From an uncultured Robbsia sp. (GTDB lineage: Bacteria > Pseudomonadota > Gammaproteobacteria > Burkholderiales > Burkholderiaceae), in the NCBI GenBank assembly GCA_963922375.1, contig CAWUJR010000001.1, forward strand, positions 1 through 45,464: a stretch of 45,464 nucleotides of DNA, given 5' to 3'. The notes beneath the pieces are model-generated. The model was not told the origin of the DNA. It worked only from the letters and a program-made list of their open reading frames with translations, and searched no databases. Both the position numbers and the translations under genes were made by a program. Below, piece after piece: positions 1 to 8,568 of this stretch. The stretch's first letter is position 1, and each line of letters opens with the position of its first letter.

Positions 1-1137
1 GAGGCGCCGTCGGCGGAAACTATCCCTGCGGCGGCAGCTGAGCCGGCTGTGCCCGACTCGCAAAACCCGGCGATCGCGGCGAACCCGCGCGGGTTGAGCG
101 AGGAAGTACTGGGCTTTGTGCCGCGCCCCAACGTGCCCCTCTCGGTGCGCACAAACGTGGCCGGCGTAACCTTTCCGGACCCCCGTATGGCGGCGCTGAA
201 TAGGCGCTATCTTGCGCAATCCGCTTCTCTCCAACAGCGCGCGCGAGACTATCAGGCGGGAACCTATGTGCCCCGCACGCCAGAGGAGGTTGCTGCGGCT
301 GCCGCTCGAGCTGCGGAGCAGCAGCGCCAGGAGCAACAGGCCATTCGCCGTGCCGCTGCGGAGGTGGCCGAGCGCCTTAACAACGTCGAAACGTTATACC
401 GTCCGCGCGCCGTGGTGGGCGCGAACATCAACGGGACACAATTTGGGGCCGCGAACGCGCAGGTTCAGGCAATATTCGGTGTCAGCAAAGCTCAGGCAAC
501 TCAACTGTTTCACTCGATGGTCGCTGATTACGGCGGCAACGTTAAGTTCGACGTTTCCGTAGAATTCACTAGAAACGGCTGCGACGTCGTGTACCGAGGC
601 TCCGACGGAACATCCATTACTCGTCAATTCACCCGGGACGGAGCGACGCTGAGCGTGTACCACGCCTATTTCAGAGCCGGCAGTACAGGCGGCGGCTCTG
701 GAAAGCACCTGTTCCGCTGTTCGATGGGTGTGTACCAGTCGCTCGGGGTGAAGTCGGTAGGGGTGACGGCCAATATCGACGTCGGCGGTTACGCTTGGGC
801 GCGCTTCGGCTATTTGCCTCGAAGCTGGCCGAGCATTCGCAACGTACTGCGCGACCGTCTCGAGCGGATACAGTTGGGCAGCGCAACCGTCACCACGGCC
901 GGTGCCCCGCGCCGTACGCTGGCGCCATTACCGCCGGCGGTAGCGGAGCGAATCCGCACCGTCTTGGCCAGCGACGGGCCGTCAACGCTGTGGGCAATTG
1001 CTGACATGACTGCGGGCGGGCGCTCGATCGGAAAAGAACTCTTGCTAGGAACCACATGGAGCGGCATTATGAATCTCTCGCACGGGCCTACTATGGCTCG
1101 GTTCGCCCAATACGTTAATCCAGATCGGGAGGCATAA
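1..1137 (+). CDS. 5'-partial protein with a C-terminal GNAT-fold (acetyltransferase-like) domain
   Basis: Frame 1 is open from base 1. The C-terminal motif VYHAYF..STGGGSGKHL..Y.SLGVKSVGVTANIDVGGYAWARFGY resembles GNAT motifs A and B. Confidence 0.6.
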   Translation, partial: EAPSAETIPAAAAEPAVPDSQNPAIAANPRGLSEEVLGFVPRPNVPLSVRTNVAGVTFPDPRMAALNRRYLAQSASLQQRARDYQAGTYVPRTPEEVAAAAARAAEQQRQEQQAIRRAAAEVAERLNNVETLYRPRAVVGANINGTQFGAANAQVQAIFGVSKAQATQLFHSMVADYGGNVKFDVSVEFTRNGCDVVYRGSDGTSITRQFTRDGATLSVYHAYFRAGSTGGGSGKHLFRCSMGVYQSLGVKSVGVTANIDVGGYAWARFGYLPRSWPSIRNVLRDRLERIQLGSATVTTAGAPRRTLAPLPPAVAERIRTVLASDGPSTLWAIADMTAGGRSIGKELLLGTTWSGIMNLSHGPTMARFAQYVNPDREA

Positions 1138-1139
1138 GG

Positions 1140-1328
1140 ATGGCGATCATCTTTGAGCGCGACGTGGACACGGTCGTTGGGCCGGACGACGTCGACGGCA
1201 TGCAGGACTATATGGAGGAGGCCGACGCGCCGCTTCCGACTGACTGGGACGTAGCCATCGAGAACCCACCGCACGAGGGTTACGACGGGCCGCTGCCACA
1301 CCCAGACCAGCCTCGAACGCCGGTTTAG
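1140..1328 (+). CDS. Small, very acidic protein (62 aa)
   Basis: ATG lies 2 nt after the upstream TAA, with GGAGG upstream. It has 16 D/E against 2 R and is followed by a terminator. Confidence 0.7.
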   Translation: MAIIFERDVDTVVGPDDVDGMQDYMEEADAPLPTDWDVAIENPPHEGYDGPLPHPDQPRTPV

Positions 1329-1348
1329 TGGCACACTTCCAACACTAG

Positions 1349-1373
1349 AAATCCCGCTTTATGCGGGATTTTT
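1349..1373 (+). terminator. Rho-independent terminator
   Basis: Stem-loop AAATCCCGC-tttat-GCGGGATTT running into a T tract. Confidence 0.8.
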
Positions 1374-1475
1374 GCATTCCTGCTCGTCACGCAGAATCGA
1401 CTCGACTTCACCGCAACTCTAGAGCAATAATCTGCGCGATTGCCACGGCAAGACCACGCAAAAAGAGAGGCGAGA

Positions 1476-1706
1476 ATGGGCGTAATGGAAACGTCAGAAG
1501 CGCTGCGCACGGCCGCACGGGTGAACGGGGGAAAGGTACTCTTTGCGAGCCCCGCCGAGGGCATTGCGATGATTCGGGGGCGCGACAAAAGGATCGTGAT
1601 GGTGAATATCACCGTGAGCATGCCAATATTGGAGATGCACTCGGTCATTCGCCGGGCAATGGACGAAGGCAAAGACGTGAGACAGATGCTGGCGCACGCC
1701 GCCTGA
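1476..1706 (+). CDS. Hypothetical protein (76 aa)
   Basis: GAGAGG precedes ATG 1476 and a terminator follows the stop. Confidence 0.65.
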   Translation: MGVMETSEALRTAARVNGGKVLFASPAEGIAMIRGRDKRIVMVNITVSMPILEMHSVIRRAMDEGKDVRQMLAHAA

Positions 1707-1719
1707 TGACATCCCCAAC

Positions 1720-1742
1720 GCCGGCACTGCGCCGGCTTTTTT
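1720..1742 (+). terminator. Rho-independent terminator
   Basis: GCCGGC-actgc-GCCGGC-TTTTTT. Confidence 0.8.
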
Positions 1743-1749
1743 GGATGCG

Positions 1750-1765
1750 GTCGTGACGCGACGAT
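1750..1765 (+). promoter_or_regulatory. Putative late promoter element (terminase)
   Basis: GTCGTGA-CGC-GACGAT immediately after a terminator; member of the 12-copy motif family. Confidence 0.75.
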
Positions 1766-1799
1766 ATCCCTTGTTTTTCCATGAGAACAAGGGTGTCGC

Positions 1800-4421
1800 G
1801 TGCAAAGCTTCGAGATTGACCTGCCTGAGCTATTCGCTGCGCAGGAGGAAATTGCGGACAGCCCCGCGCGATTTAATGTCGTCCATGGTGGCGCGAAGTC
1901 GGGCCTGACGACCACCGCCATCGAAGTGCTGCTTATGAGCCGCCTGGGGGCGGTGAATGGTTACCACACGGCTTTCCTCGTGCCGGATGTGGAAGACATC
2001 GTACCGGCCAAGCGGCGGGTGCTGGCAGCCATCCAGAGCCTTGTCTCGGGCCGGCCAGACCGGCCGCGCCTCGATCTCGTCACCGGTGGCTCGATCCGCT
2101 TTGCTGCGCTCAATGACGACGGGCTTCAGTTGTGGGACCCGCTCTCTCTGATCGTCGTTGACGACGCCGCGCGCATTCCGCGTCTGCTTCCCGCGTGGGA
2201 CGGCATGCTCGAGCCGCTACTCAACCAGTTCCGTGGTAACGCCTGGTTCTTTTCTAAGCCGGCCGGCACGCGCAATCCGTTCGCCACGCTGGCAAGCTGG
2301 ACCAACACCGATATCGCCTGGGAGTCGCATAACCTGCCGACGGCCGCGAATCCGTATTACGACGTGCAAACGCTGGCGGCGGAGCGCGAAAAATTCAGCG
2401 CTGATGAGTTCGCCCAGGAACGCGACGGTATGTTCGTCGACGCGTCGATCATGCTCACTGCTGCGCAGCGAGTGATCCACTCGGGCGAGACATTTCGGGA
2501 GTGGTGCAACCGCCTGGCTGCGGACGGCCTGAAAGTTGACGGTGACCCATTCACGCTCGACGATCGCCAGGCGATGCACTTCATCTACGACATGATCCCA
2601 TCGACCCAGAAGGAAGCTTATCTGCGTGTCGACGTCATCATGAAATGCACGCAGGTGGGTTTCACCGTGTTCGAGCAGCTCGCCATGATTTATCTCTCGC
2701 TTCGGTTTGCGCCGGCGAAGATCGGCATGTTCATGCCCTCGCAGATGTTGGCGACCGGCAAATCGTCCAACCGCTTCATGGGGATCGTGCGCACGGTGCC
2801 GTCCGTGCACGCATTGATGACGGACGCGGTCGCTGCCGAGGGGAAGACGGGGGAGGGCAACGTTCTGACCAGAAACCTTGGCGAATCGCGTTTCCATTTT
2901 CTATGGACCTCGGGAAAAACGGCCACAGAATCCAATCCTATGGACGTGGTGTCATTCGACGAAGTGCAGGAAATGAAAATCGCGGACATGGAAAAAACGC
3001 GCGAGCGTATGTCCGCCTCTAAGCTGCGCTATACCCTGATGGGTTCCACCGCGAACTGGCCCGATGAGGATATCCACTGGTGGTACAAGAAAGGCACGCA
3101 GCATCAGTTCCACACTCGTTGCCCGGCCTGCTCGACGATGCAGATCCTCGACGACCATTTCCCTCAATGCGTCGGCTTTGACGCTAACCATCCGCGCGTG
3201 AACCCTCGGGAGCGTGAAGCCGGCTTAGTGGGTGAGTACCGGTACCGGTGCTGCGAATGCAAGGGGTGGCTCGATAACCCACAAGACGGTGAGTGGATCG
3301 CCAAGGTGCCCGACGCCGCGATTCGGTCGGTGCATTTCCCGCAGTTCCTGTCTCCGACGATCTCCGCTCGCGAAATGATCGAAGGGTATCGCGAGGCGAA
3401 GGACATGAAAAACTTCTATAACCGGAAGCTCGGGAAGCCCTACGTTGACCCGACCCAGGTGCCCGTGACGCTCGAGATGCTCAACGCATGCGCCGCGCTC
3501 GGCATGAAAATGGGAGTGGTTTGGAAGGAGCGAGCGAAAGACACGTTTGCGGGGATCGACCAGATGGGCTGCTTCAACGTGATCAAGATCGCGGAGCGCC
3601 TGCCCACCGGGCACATGGCCATCATCCACGTGGAAGAGATCTACGACGAAGAGCCGTTCGACCGATGCTCGGTATTGCTGCATCTGTATGGCGTGCGGAT
3701 CTGTGTCGTTGAGCAGCTGCCAAACTACAACAGCGCAAAGGCATTCGCCCACCGGCATCCAGGCGTCGTTTATCTTGCCAGTTACGGCAACATGCAGGAT
3801 GACATGCTGCGATGGGGTGACGACCGCGCGAACGCATCGGAAAGGCAAACGAACGAGGACGCCCGCGACCAATACACCGTGATGCTGGACCAGTTCAAAG
3901 CGATGCAGGTTGCGTTGGGCCGGATTCAGAAACAGGTGGTCGTCTTCCCCGATCCGAAGGGGCTCATTCAAGAACTGGCCGATGACCAAGCGAATGGGAA
4001 GGGCGCCAAGCAGCTGCGGCCGATCCTCGAGGAGCGTGTATTTAAGCACCTGACGCGCACCGCACTGATTGCTGAACGGGACGAGGAGGAGAACAAATAC
4101 CGCCGCCGTGTTGTGAAAGTCGGGATCGACCCCCACTTTTCCTACGCGTTCATGCTGCTCAACGTCGCCTGGGCACGCGCGCACGGCACGTCGGCATTCC
4201 TCTTCCCCGATGAGGGGCGAGATCCCGCTGCGGTGGTCGTACCGGGCTCAGCGGTGGCGGCTTCGCCAATCATCGAGCACATTGCGTCGTCTGCTGAGCA
4301 GATCGCGGACGGAAAGTGCGGCGCTTGCGCGATGTTCGATCCGGCGCGCGGTTTCTGCGAGGAGCGTGAGGTGCTCGTGCGTCCAATGGACCAGGCGTGT
4401 TACATGTTCGAGAAGGCCTGA
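1800..4421 (+). CDS. terL: Terminase large subunit, lambda gpA type, with an extra N-terminal degenerate terminase ATPase domain
   Basis: gpA-type Walker A VIMKCTQVGFT, Walker B VVSFDEVQE, Cys cluster CPAC..CCEC, nuclease motifs AGIDQ and GIDPHF. The first ~214 aa resemble a Terminase_6 ATPase. Confidence 0.9.
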   Translation: MQSFEIDLPELFAAQEEIADSPARFNVVHGGAKSGLTTTAIEVLLMSRLGAVNGYHTAFLVPDVEDIVPAKRRVLAAIQSLVSGRPDRPRLDLVTGGSIRFAALNDDGLQLWDPLSLIVVDDAARIPRLLPAWDGMLEPLLNQFRGNAWFFSKPAGTRNPFATLASWTNTDIAWESHNLPTAANPYYDVQTLAAEREKFSADEFAQERDGMFVDASIMLTAAQRVIHSGETFREWCNRLAADGLKVDGDPFTLDDRQAMHFIYDMIPSTQKEAYLRVDVIMKCTQVGFTVFEQLAMIYLSLRFAPAKIGMFMPSQMLATGKSSNRFMGIVRTVPSVHALMTDAVAAEGKTGEGNVLTRNLGESRFHFLWTSGKTATESNPMDVVSFDEVQEMKIADMEKTRERMSASKLRYTLMGSTANWPDEDIHWWYKKGTQHQFHTRCPACSTMQILDDHFPQCVGFDANHPRVNPREREAGLVGEYRYRCCECKGWLDNPQDGEWIAKVPDAAIRSVHFPQFLSPTISAREMIEGYREAKDMKNFYNRKLGKPYVDPTQVPVTLEMLNACAALGMKMGVVWKERAKDTFAGIDQMGCFNVIKIAERLPTGHMAIIHVEEIYDEEPFDRCSVLLHLYGVRICVVEQLPNYNSAKAFAHRHPGVVYLASYGNMQDDMLRWGDDRANASERQTNEDARDQYTVMLDQFKAMQVALGRIQKQVVVFPDPKGLIQELADDQANGKGAKQLRPILEERVFKHLTRTALIAERDEEENKYRRRVVKVGIDPHFSYAFMLLNVAWARAHGTSAFLFPDEGRDPAAVVVPGSAVAASPIIEHIASSAEQIADGKCGACAMFDPARGFCEEREVLVRPMDQACYMFEKA

Positions 4422-4427
4422 GCACGC

Positions 4428-4628
4428 TCAGCGCGGTTCCTGCGTCCGCTCCGATCGTATGACAAGCGATCGGTGCAGGTATTGTGCGCGCATCTCGCGT
4501 GGGGCGTCTTCAAACCGGTTGATTAATGGCACCGTCCCATTGGCCATGTCTTCGATCATCAATGCCCATGCGATCTTGTCGACGTCGGCTGGCGGGGATG
4601 AGTCTCGGCGGGTCTTGCGGCTTTTCAC
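4428..4628 (-). CDS. Hypothetical protein (66 aa)
   Basis: GTG start preceded by AAAGGTGA; converges on the terL stop. Confidence 0.45.
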   Translation of the reverse strand: MKSRKTRRDSSPPADVDKIAWALMIEDMANGTVPLINRFEDAPREMRAQYLHRSLVIRSERTQEPR

Positions 4629-4801
4629 GTGGTCACCTTTTTGATCGTCGGAGCACGATAAACGCCGCAGCGTCCGGGGTCGAGCATAGATTTGAAACAG
4701 ACTTGCCCAACGTCCCGAATGACTTCCATTTCCGGGAATCACCCCGAAATGTATGGTGGAGTCTGTTGTGTGAATGTCACTGATGGCCGATTAAAAATCC
4801 A

Positions 4802-4837
4802 TTGAATTGACCAATTAACAGGTCTATACTTGGACCT
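4802..4837 (+). promoter_or_regulatory. Sigma70 promoter and operator of the toxin-antitoxin operon
   Basis: TTGAAT-17 nt-TATACT, with an inverted repeat AGGTC-N8-GACCT (4820-4837) covering the -10 box, as expected for TA autorepression. Confidence 0.7.
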
Positions 4838-4917
4838 ATCAATCACATGGATGATGAACTACCGGCAAACAGGCACCCATCTTGACGTTTTCTACCCTTG
4901 CACAAGGTGTACCCCGA

Positions 4918-5160
4918 ATGGAACAAATACTAGCTCGTGCTTCTATCGGCATCAGCGAACTTAAGGTCAATCCGTCCGCGACCATAGAGCAAGCTGATGG
5001 CCCGGTGGCAGTGCTTAACCGAAACAAGCCTGTCGCGTATCTCATCCCTGCCGTTGAATGGGAACAGATCTTCGAAATCCTGGAAGATCTGGAATTGGCG
5101 GATATTGTGAAGAAACGCGAGGGGCTTCCCTCTCGTGAAGTGAACATAGATGACCTATAA
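4918..5160 (+). CDS. stbD: Phd/YefM-family antitoxin (StbD-like)
   Basis: MEQILA..SIGISELKVNP..GPVAVLNRNKPVAYLIP..EDLELADIV; overlaps the toxin start. Confidence 0.9.
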   Translation: MEQILARASIGISELKVNPSATIEQADGPVAVLNRNKPVAYLIPAVEWEQIFEILEDLELADIVKKREGLPSREVNIDDL

Positions 5161-5434
5161 GCTGCATTTTCTCGAAATTGCCGAGAAAGAATGGAGGAAT
5201 CTGGATAACACCGTACGGTCACAATTCAAGAAGAAGCTTACGGAGCGTTTAGAAGACCCTCATGTGGAGTCTGCTCAGCTTTCGGGTATGCCCGGATGCT
5301 ACAAGATCAAGCTGCGTGCATCTGGATATCGGCTGGTCTACCGAGTGGACAATGGTCTTATCACTGTCACGGTGATCTCTGTCGGTAAGCGAGACCGTCT
5401 TGAGGTGTATAAATCGGCGTTACTCCGTATGTAA
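5150..5434 (+). CDS. relE: RelE/StbE-family toxin
   Basis: MTYKLHF..A.KEW..LD..VR.QFKKKL.ERLE.P..L.GMPGCYKIKLRASGYRLVY.V..V.VISVGKR. Confidence 0.93.
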   Translation: MTYKLHFLEIAEKEWRNLDNTVRSQFKKKLTERLEDPHVESAQLSGMPGCYKIKLRASGYRLVYRVDNGLITVTVISVGKRDRLEVYKSALLRM

Positions 5435-5447
5435 CGCTGCACGTCTC

Positions 5448-5849
5448 TCAGAACAGTCTGCCTTGGTCAGGTTGCCCAGTCTGAGAGCGCACCACGCCGC
5501 GCTCTCGCATAGCCCGCCGCTGCGCGATTGCCCACACGGCGCGGCGCAGCACGGCAGCTTCATCTTCGTGCAGCACCGGAGCACGGATCCCACCATCCTG
5601 GCCAGCGTGCTCCCGACAATAGTCCGTCGAGTCGAAACCGCCGTACCCCTTTGACCCGTTGAAATGCACCCATCCCGCGTACTCGGCGCATCCGCGACAA
5701 AGCGGAATGTCGCAAGTGTGCATCGGTGCGATTTTGCTGACTCGCTTGCCGCGCTCCAATCCGCCGTACGGAAGCCCTAGGACAAAGTCGCAGAGCAGAG
5801 TCGACAGCTCGTTGCAGTACAGGCATTTCGTCTGCTGTCTGGGCATCAC
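5448..5849 (-). CDS. Cys-rich (putative zinc-binding) hypothetical protein
   Basis: CLYC..LLCD..TCD.PLC..CA..DYCREH; overlaps the upstream stop codon. Confidence 0.7.
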   Translation of the reverse strand: MMPRQQTKCLYCNELSTLLCDFVLGLPYGGLERGKRVSKIAPMHTCDIPLCRGCAEYAGWVHFNGSKGYGGFDSTDYCREHAGQDGGIRAPVLHEDEAAVLRRAVWAIAQRRAMRERGVVRSQTGQPDQGRLF

Positions 5850-6199
5850 TGACGCTCGTAAGGGGCAGGGCGCAGCGGGTGTTCGCCAGCGCGCGCACGG
5901 ATCAATCGAATGTCATCCGGACGCTCGCTATGCAGCACATCAAGCAGCTCGCGCCATCGTCCCAGCATATCGAGCGTCCCACGATGGTTTTCCTGTGTTC
6001 GTTTTAGCTTTACCTCGAGCTCGCGCTTCTGGTCGACGACAGCGCCGAATGCCTCACGGCCTCCAACGTTCTCCGCCTCCGCAGCCAATAGGCGGCCTAT
6101 GGCGTCCAGTACTGCTGCACTGCTGTCTTTATGCCCGTGACCAAGCAGGAGGCCTGCAGCGGCCGTGAGGCGCGCCTCTAAATCGTGTTGTTCCATCAT
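5846..6199 (-). CDS. Hypothetical protein
   Basis: Start and stop both overlap neighbouring genes in the leftward operon. Confidence 0.65.
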   Translation of the reverse strand: MMEQHDLEARLTAAAGLLLGHGHKDSSAAVLDAIGRLLAAEAENVGGREAFGAVVDQKRELEVKLKRTQENHRGTLDMLGRWRELLDVLHSERPDDIRLIRARAGEHPLRPAPYERQ

Positions 6200-6495
6200 G
6201 CTGCCTTTTTGTGGTGTGTACCGGGCCACAATGGCGCCATGAAGTCATCGCCGAGGCAGTCGCACCAAGCGACCACTGTCCCGCCCACGCCAGGAATAGT
6301 GAATACGGGACTATTGCGGTCGCCGGCGGCGTACCTGAGATAGCCGACCGCGACGGCTGGCGGATTGCCGAGAGCCGGATCTGCGGCAAGCTGCACCAAG
6401 AGGTATCGCTTGGCACGCGGAAGCTTCTGCCTGGCCCATAGGGCTTGTTCGAAAGGCTCCCACCTCATGGTGTCCTTCACTTTCTTCGAAGTCAT
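6196..6495 (-). CDS. Hypothetical protein
   Basis: ATGA-type overlaps at both ends. Confidence 0.65.
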   Translation of the reverse strand: MTSKKVKDTMRWEPFEQALWARQKLPRAKRYLLVQLAADPALGNPPAVAVGYLRYAAGDRNSPVFTIPGVGGTVVAWCDCLGDDFMAPLWPGTHHKKAA

Positions 6496-6827
6496 GTCTG
6501 AAAATCCATATTGCGCATTGCAGCTCCCCTGACGATGGCCCGTCGCATCGCCCCGTAGATGTCATCACCCCAGGGCTCATCTACAAACCGGCCTGGATCT
6601 CCGTAACCGACGCGCACGTGGCCTGTGGCCAAGTGGCTGACGAAAAGGCGCAAGTAAGCGGCGATACGCAACGCATTCGTGTCATCGCGCAACGGATTCC
6701 AATAAAAGGGTGCCATAACCCCGTGAACAACGGCGATCCCGCGCTCTGGGTCGTATCCGCGGCTGCGGTCCACACAGAGGCGCACTGCGGCCGCCGCGTG
6801 CTCGAGTAATTCTTTGTCAGTCAGCAC
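6492..6827 (-). CDS. Phage hypothetical protein
   Basis: TDKELLE.AA.A..WNPL.DD..ALR..A.RRAIVR.AA pattern, typical of small phage early genes. Confidence 0.7.
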   Translation of the reverse strand: MLTDKELLEHAAAAVRLCVDRSRGYDPERGIAVVHGVMAPFYWNPLRDDTNALRIAAYLRLFVSHLATGHVRVGYGDPGRFVDEPWGDDIYGAMRRAIVRGAAMRNMDFQT

Positions 6828-6887
6828 ACGACACCGGTGGTGGGGATGGTGTCATCGACTGCGGATTGCAGGCCGCTGCTCATGGGG

Positions 6888-8564
6888 TCAAGCGTTCCAA
6901 GTAATGCTGTTCGGCTCTGGGCAGTCCCAGGATGCGAGGAGGCGATCGCGCATCTCGGCGAGGGATGTCGTCACCAGCAACTCGCCGTTGCGGAACACCG
7001 GCCGCAGTTCGCCGCCGGCGAATTGCTCGAGCGTCTGCTGATCGTGAAGGACGTACTCGCTGCCTTCTTTTTCGACGCGGGGCAGTCCCTTTGCGGAACG
7101 CTTCGTGCCGTCATCCGTCGCAGGGTCTTTGAAGATCTCCACCGGCTCGCCGCCTACCTCGGCATAGACCGCCTTCATCGCCCATCCGAACGTGTCGCGC
7201 GACAGCATGTTGTATGTGAAAGATCCGATGCCGAATACGACATTGCTCGAGGCGAATCCCTTTTCCGTCATACGGCGCAAGATGTCGCGAGCTCGTGGGA
7301 GGGTGATGGAATCGCCATATATCAGGCCCACCGCATCGTCCAATACCTTGTACCCCTTGTCGGTCGTCGTGCCGCCGTAAATGTCCCAGAGGCATTGAAC
7401 CGAACCGCGCCGTTCAGCTTCACGGACGATTTTCCCGCTGCCGTCGGCAAGTTGATGCTTCGGGAACGTGCTTCCGCTGGTGTCGAGAATCAACTCGTCA
7501 TCGCGATATCCTGCAAGAATCCGCACCGGATCGCCCGAATCGGGCCTGAATACAACCTTTCGTATCCCCAGCGCATTGCGCCCCCGGGCGAGGATGTCTT
7601 CTTTCAGGTCCTCTGCAACCTCGGTGATGGTCGCCCAGTAGTCGAAGCTATCCGCGACGATCGACACCATGCCGTCCGGATAGTCCACGCTAACCAGTTC
7701 ACGGATCACTTCGCGTTCGGCGAGGCGGCGGATTCCACGATCGCTCATGGCGCCGGTGTACGGCTCTCGCTTGATGCGGTCTGCCGTCCGTAGGATCCGG
7801 AGCGTCATGACGCTGTGCTCGGTAGCGGGAATCGAGCCGCCTATTAGCTCCTCGTCAGCATCGGCGCCGTAGTAATCTTCCGCATAATCGATCGCCGGGA
7901 TGGTGTCAGTACCAGTGAAAGAGAGCAGATGACCCACGCCGCAGCGCATCGCATCGTGCACGCCGCTCATGCCGCGCATCGAAAAGTCGTGTCCCTGCCA
8001 GTTCACCGCCTCGGCGGGCACCCCAGTGAGAGCCGCGTAATACGTGAACAGCTTTCGGTACTCAAACGCGAGAGTGGCCACCGTCGACGGCTTCCAACTC
8101 TCAGCACTGAAAAGCGTTTCAAAGTACGTCGAGACCCACGGGAAGTCCGGGTGCGTGTTGATGAAAATGACCGGAGGAACTTTGATGTTCACACGCTCAC
8201 CTTCAGGAATCGACCTAATTTCGAGCGGGAGGTATCCAAGCTCATGCAGTGCTATCAGGCGATCCGGCGCAACTACCCCGGGCCCCAGCGCGAGGTTCAT
8301 GCGGCGTGCGAATTTGCGGACGGCCAGCTGCGCCGGCGCATCGAAAAACTCGCGCTGAAAAAGGCCAATCAAATACTCTTTGATGAAGCCCTGAAGGCCG
8401 AACCAAACGACTTTGTTGTCGAACAGCTCGGGCAGAACCTGGGCATATTTCGCCGTGCGCGGTGTGAAATTGGCGACCAGGGTGGTCGTCGCGGCAGGGT
8501 ACATTGCCGGATGGCCCGTTTTGTAAAAATCTGCGAGATTGAAGGGTACGAGGTTGTTTTTCAT
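6888..8564 (-). CDS. Nicotinamide phosphoribosyltransferase-like protein (candidate Namat of NARP1)
   Basis: ADFYKTGH, HDFSMRG, SIPATEHSV, SIVADSFD, RPDSGDP, LIYGDSIT, GIGSFTY and K.P.TDDG.K.SAKG motifs of the Nampt/NadV family. Confidence 0.93.
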   Translation of the reverse strand: MKNNLVPFNLADFYKTGHPAMYPAATTTLVANFTPRTAKYAQVLPELFDNKVVWFGLQGFIKEYLIGLFQREFFDAPAQLAVRKFARRMNLALGPGVVAPDRLIALHELGYLPLEIRSIPEGERVNIKVPPVIFINTHPDFPWVSTYFETLFSAESWKPSTVATLAFEYRKLFTYYAALTGVPAEAVNWQGHDFSMRGMSGVHDAMRCGVGHLLSFTGTDTIPAIDYAEDYYGADADEELIGGSIPATEHSVMTLRILRTADRIKREPYTGAMSDRGIRRLAEREVIRELVSVDYPDGMVSIVADSFDYWATITEVAEDLKEDILARGRNALGIRKVVFRPDSGDPVRILAGYRDDELILDTSGSTFPKHQLADGSGKIVREAERRGSVQCLWDIYGGTTTDKGYKVLDDAVGLIYGDSITLPRARDILRRMTEKGFASSNVVFGIGSFTYNMLSRDTFGWAMKAVYAEVGGEPVEIFKDPATDDGTKRSAKGLPRVEKEGSEYVLHDQQTLEQFAGGELRPVFRNGELLVTTSLAEMRDRLLASWDCPEPNSITWNA

Positions 8565-8568
8565 CGTC

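Noticed and set aside
1476-1706. Terminase small subunit upstream of terL
   Set aside because: It is only 76 aa with no recognisable HTH or TerS features, and a terminator and the late element separate it from terL.
5132-5147. CTCGTGA-AGT-GAACAT matches the late-promoter pattern just before relE
   Set aside because: It lies in antitoxin coding sequence and the predicted +1 (5154) falls after the relE start codon (5150), so it is probably chance.
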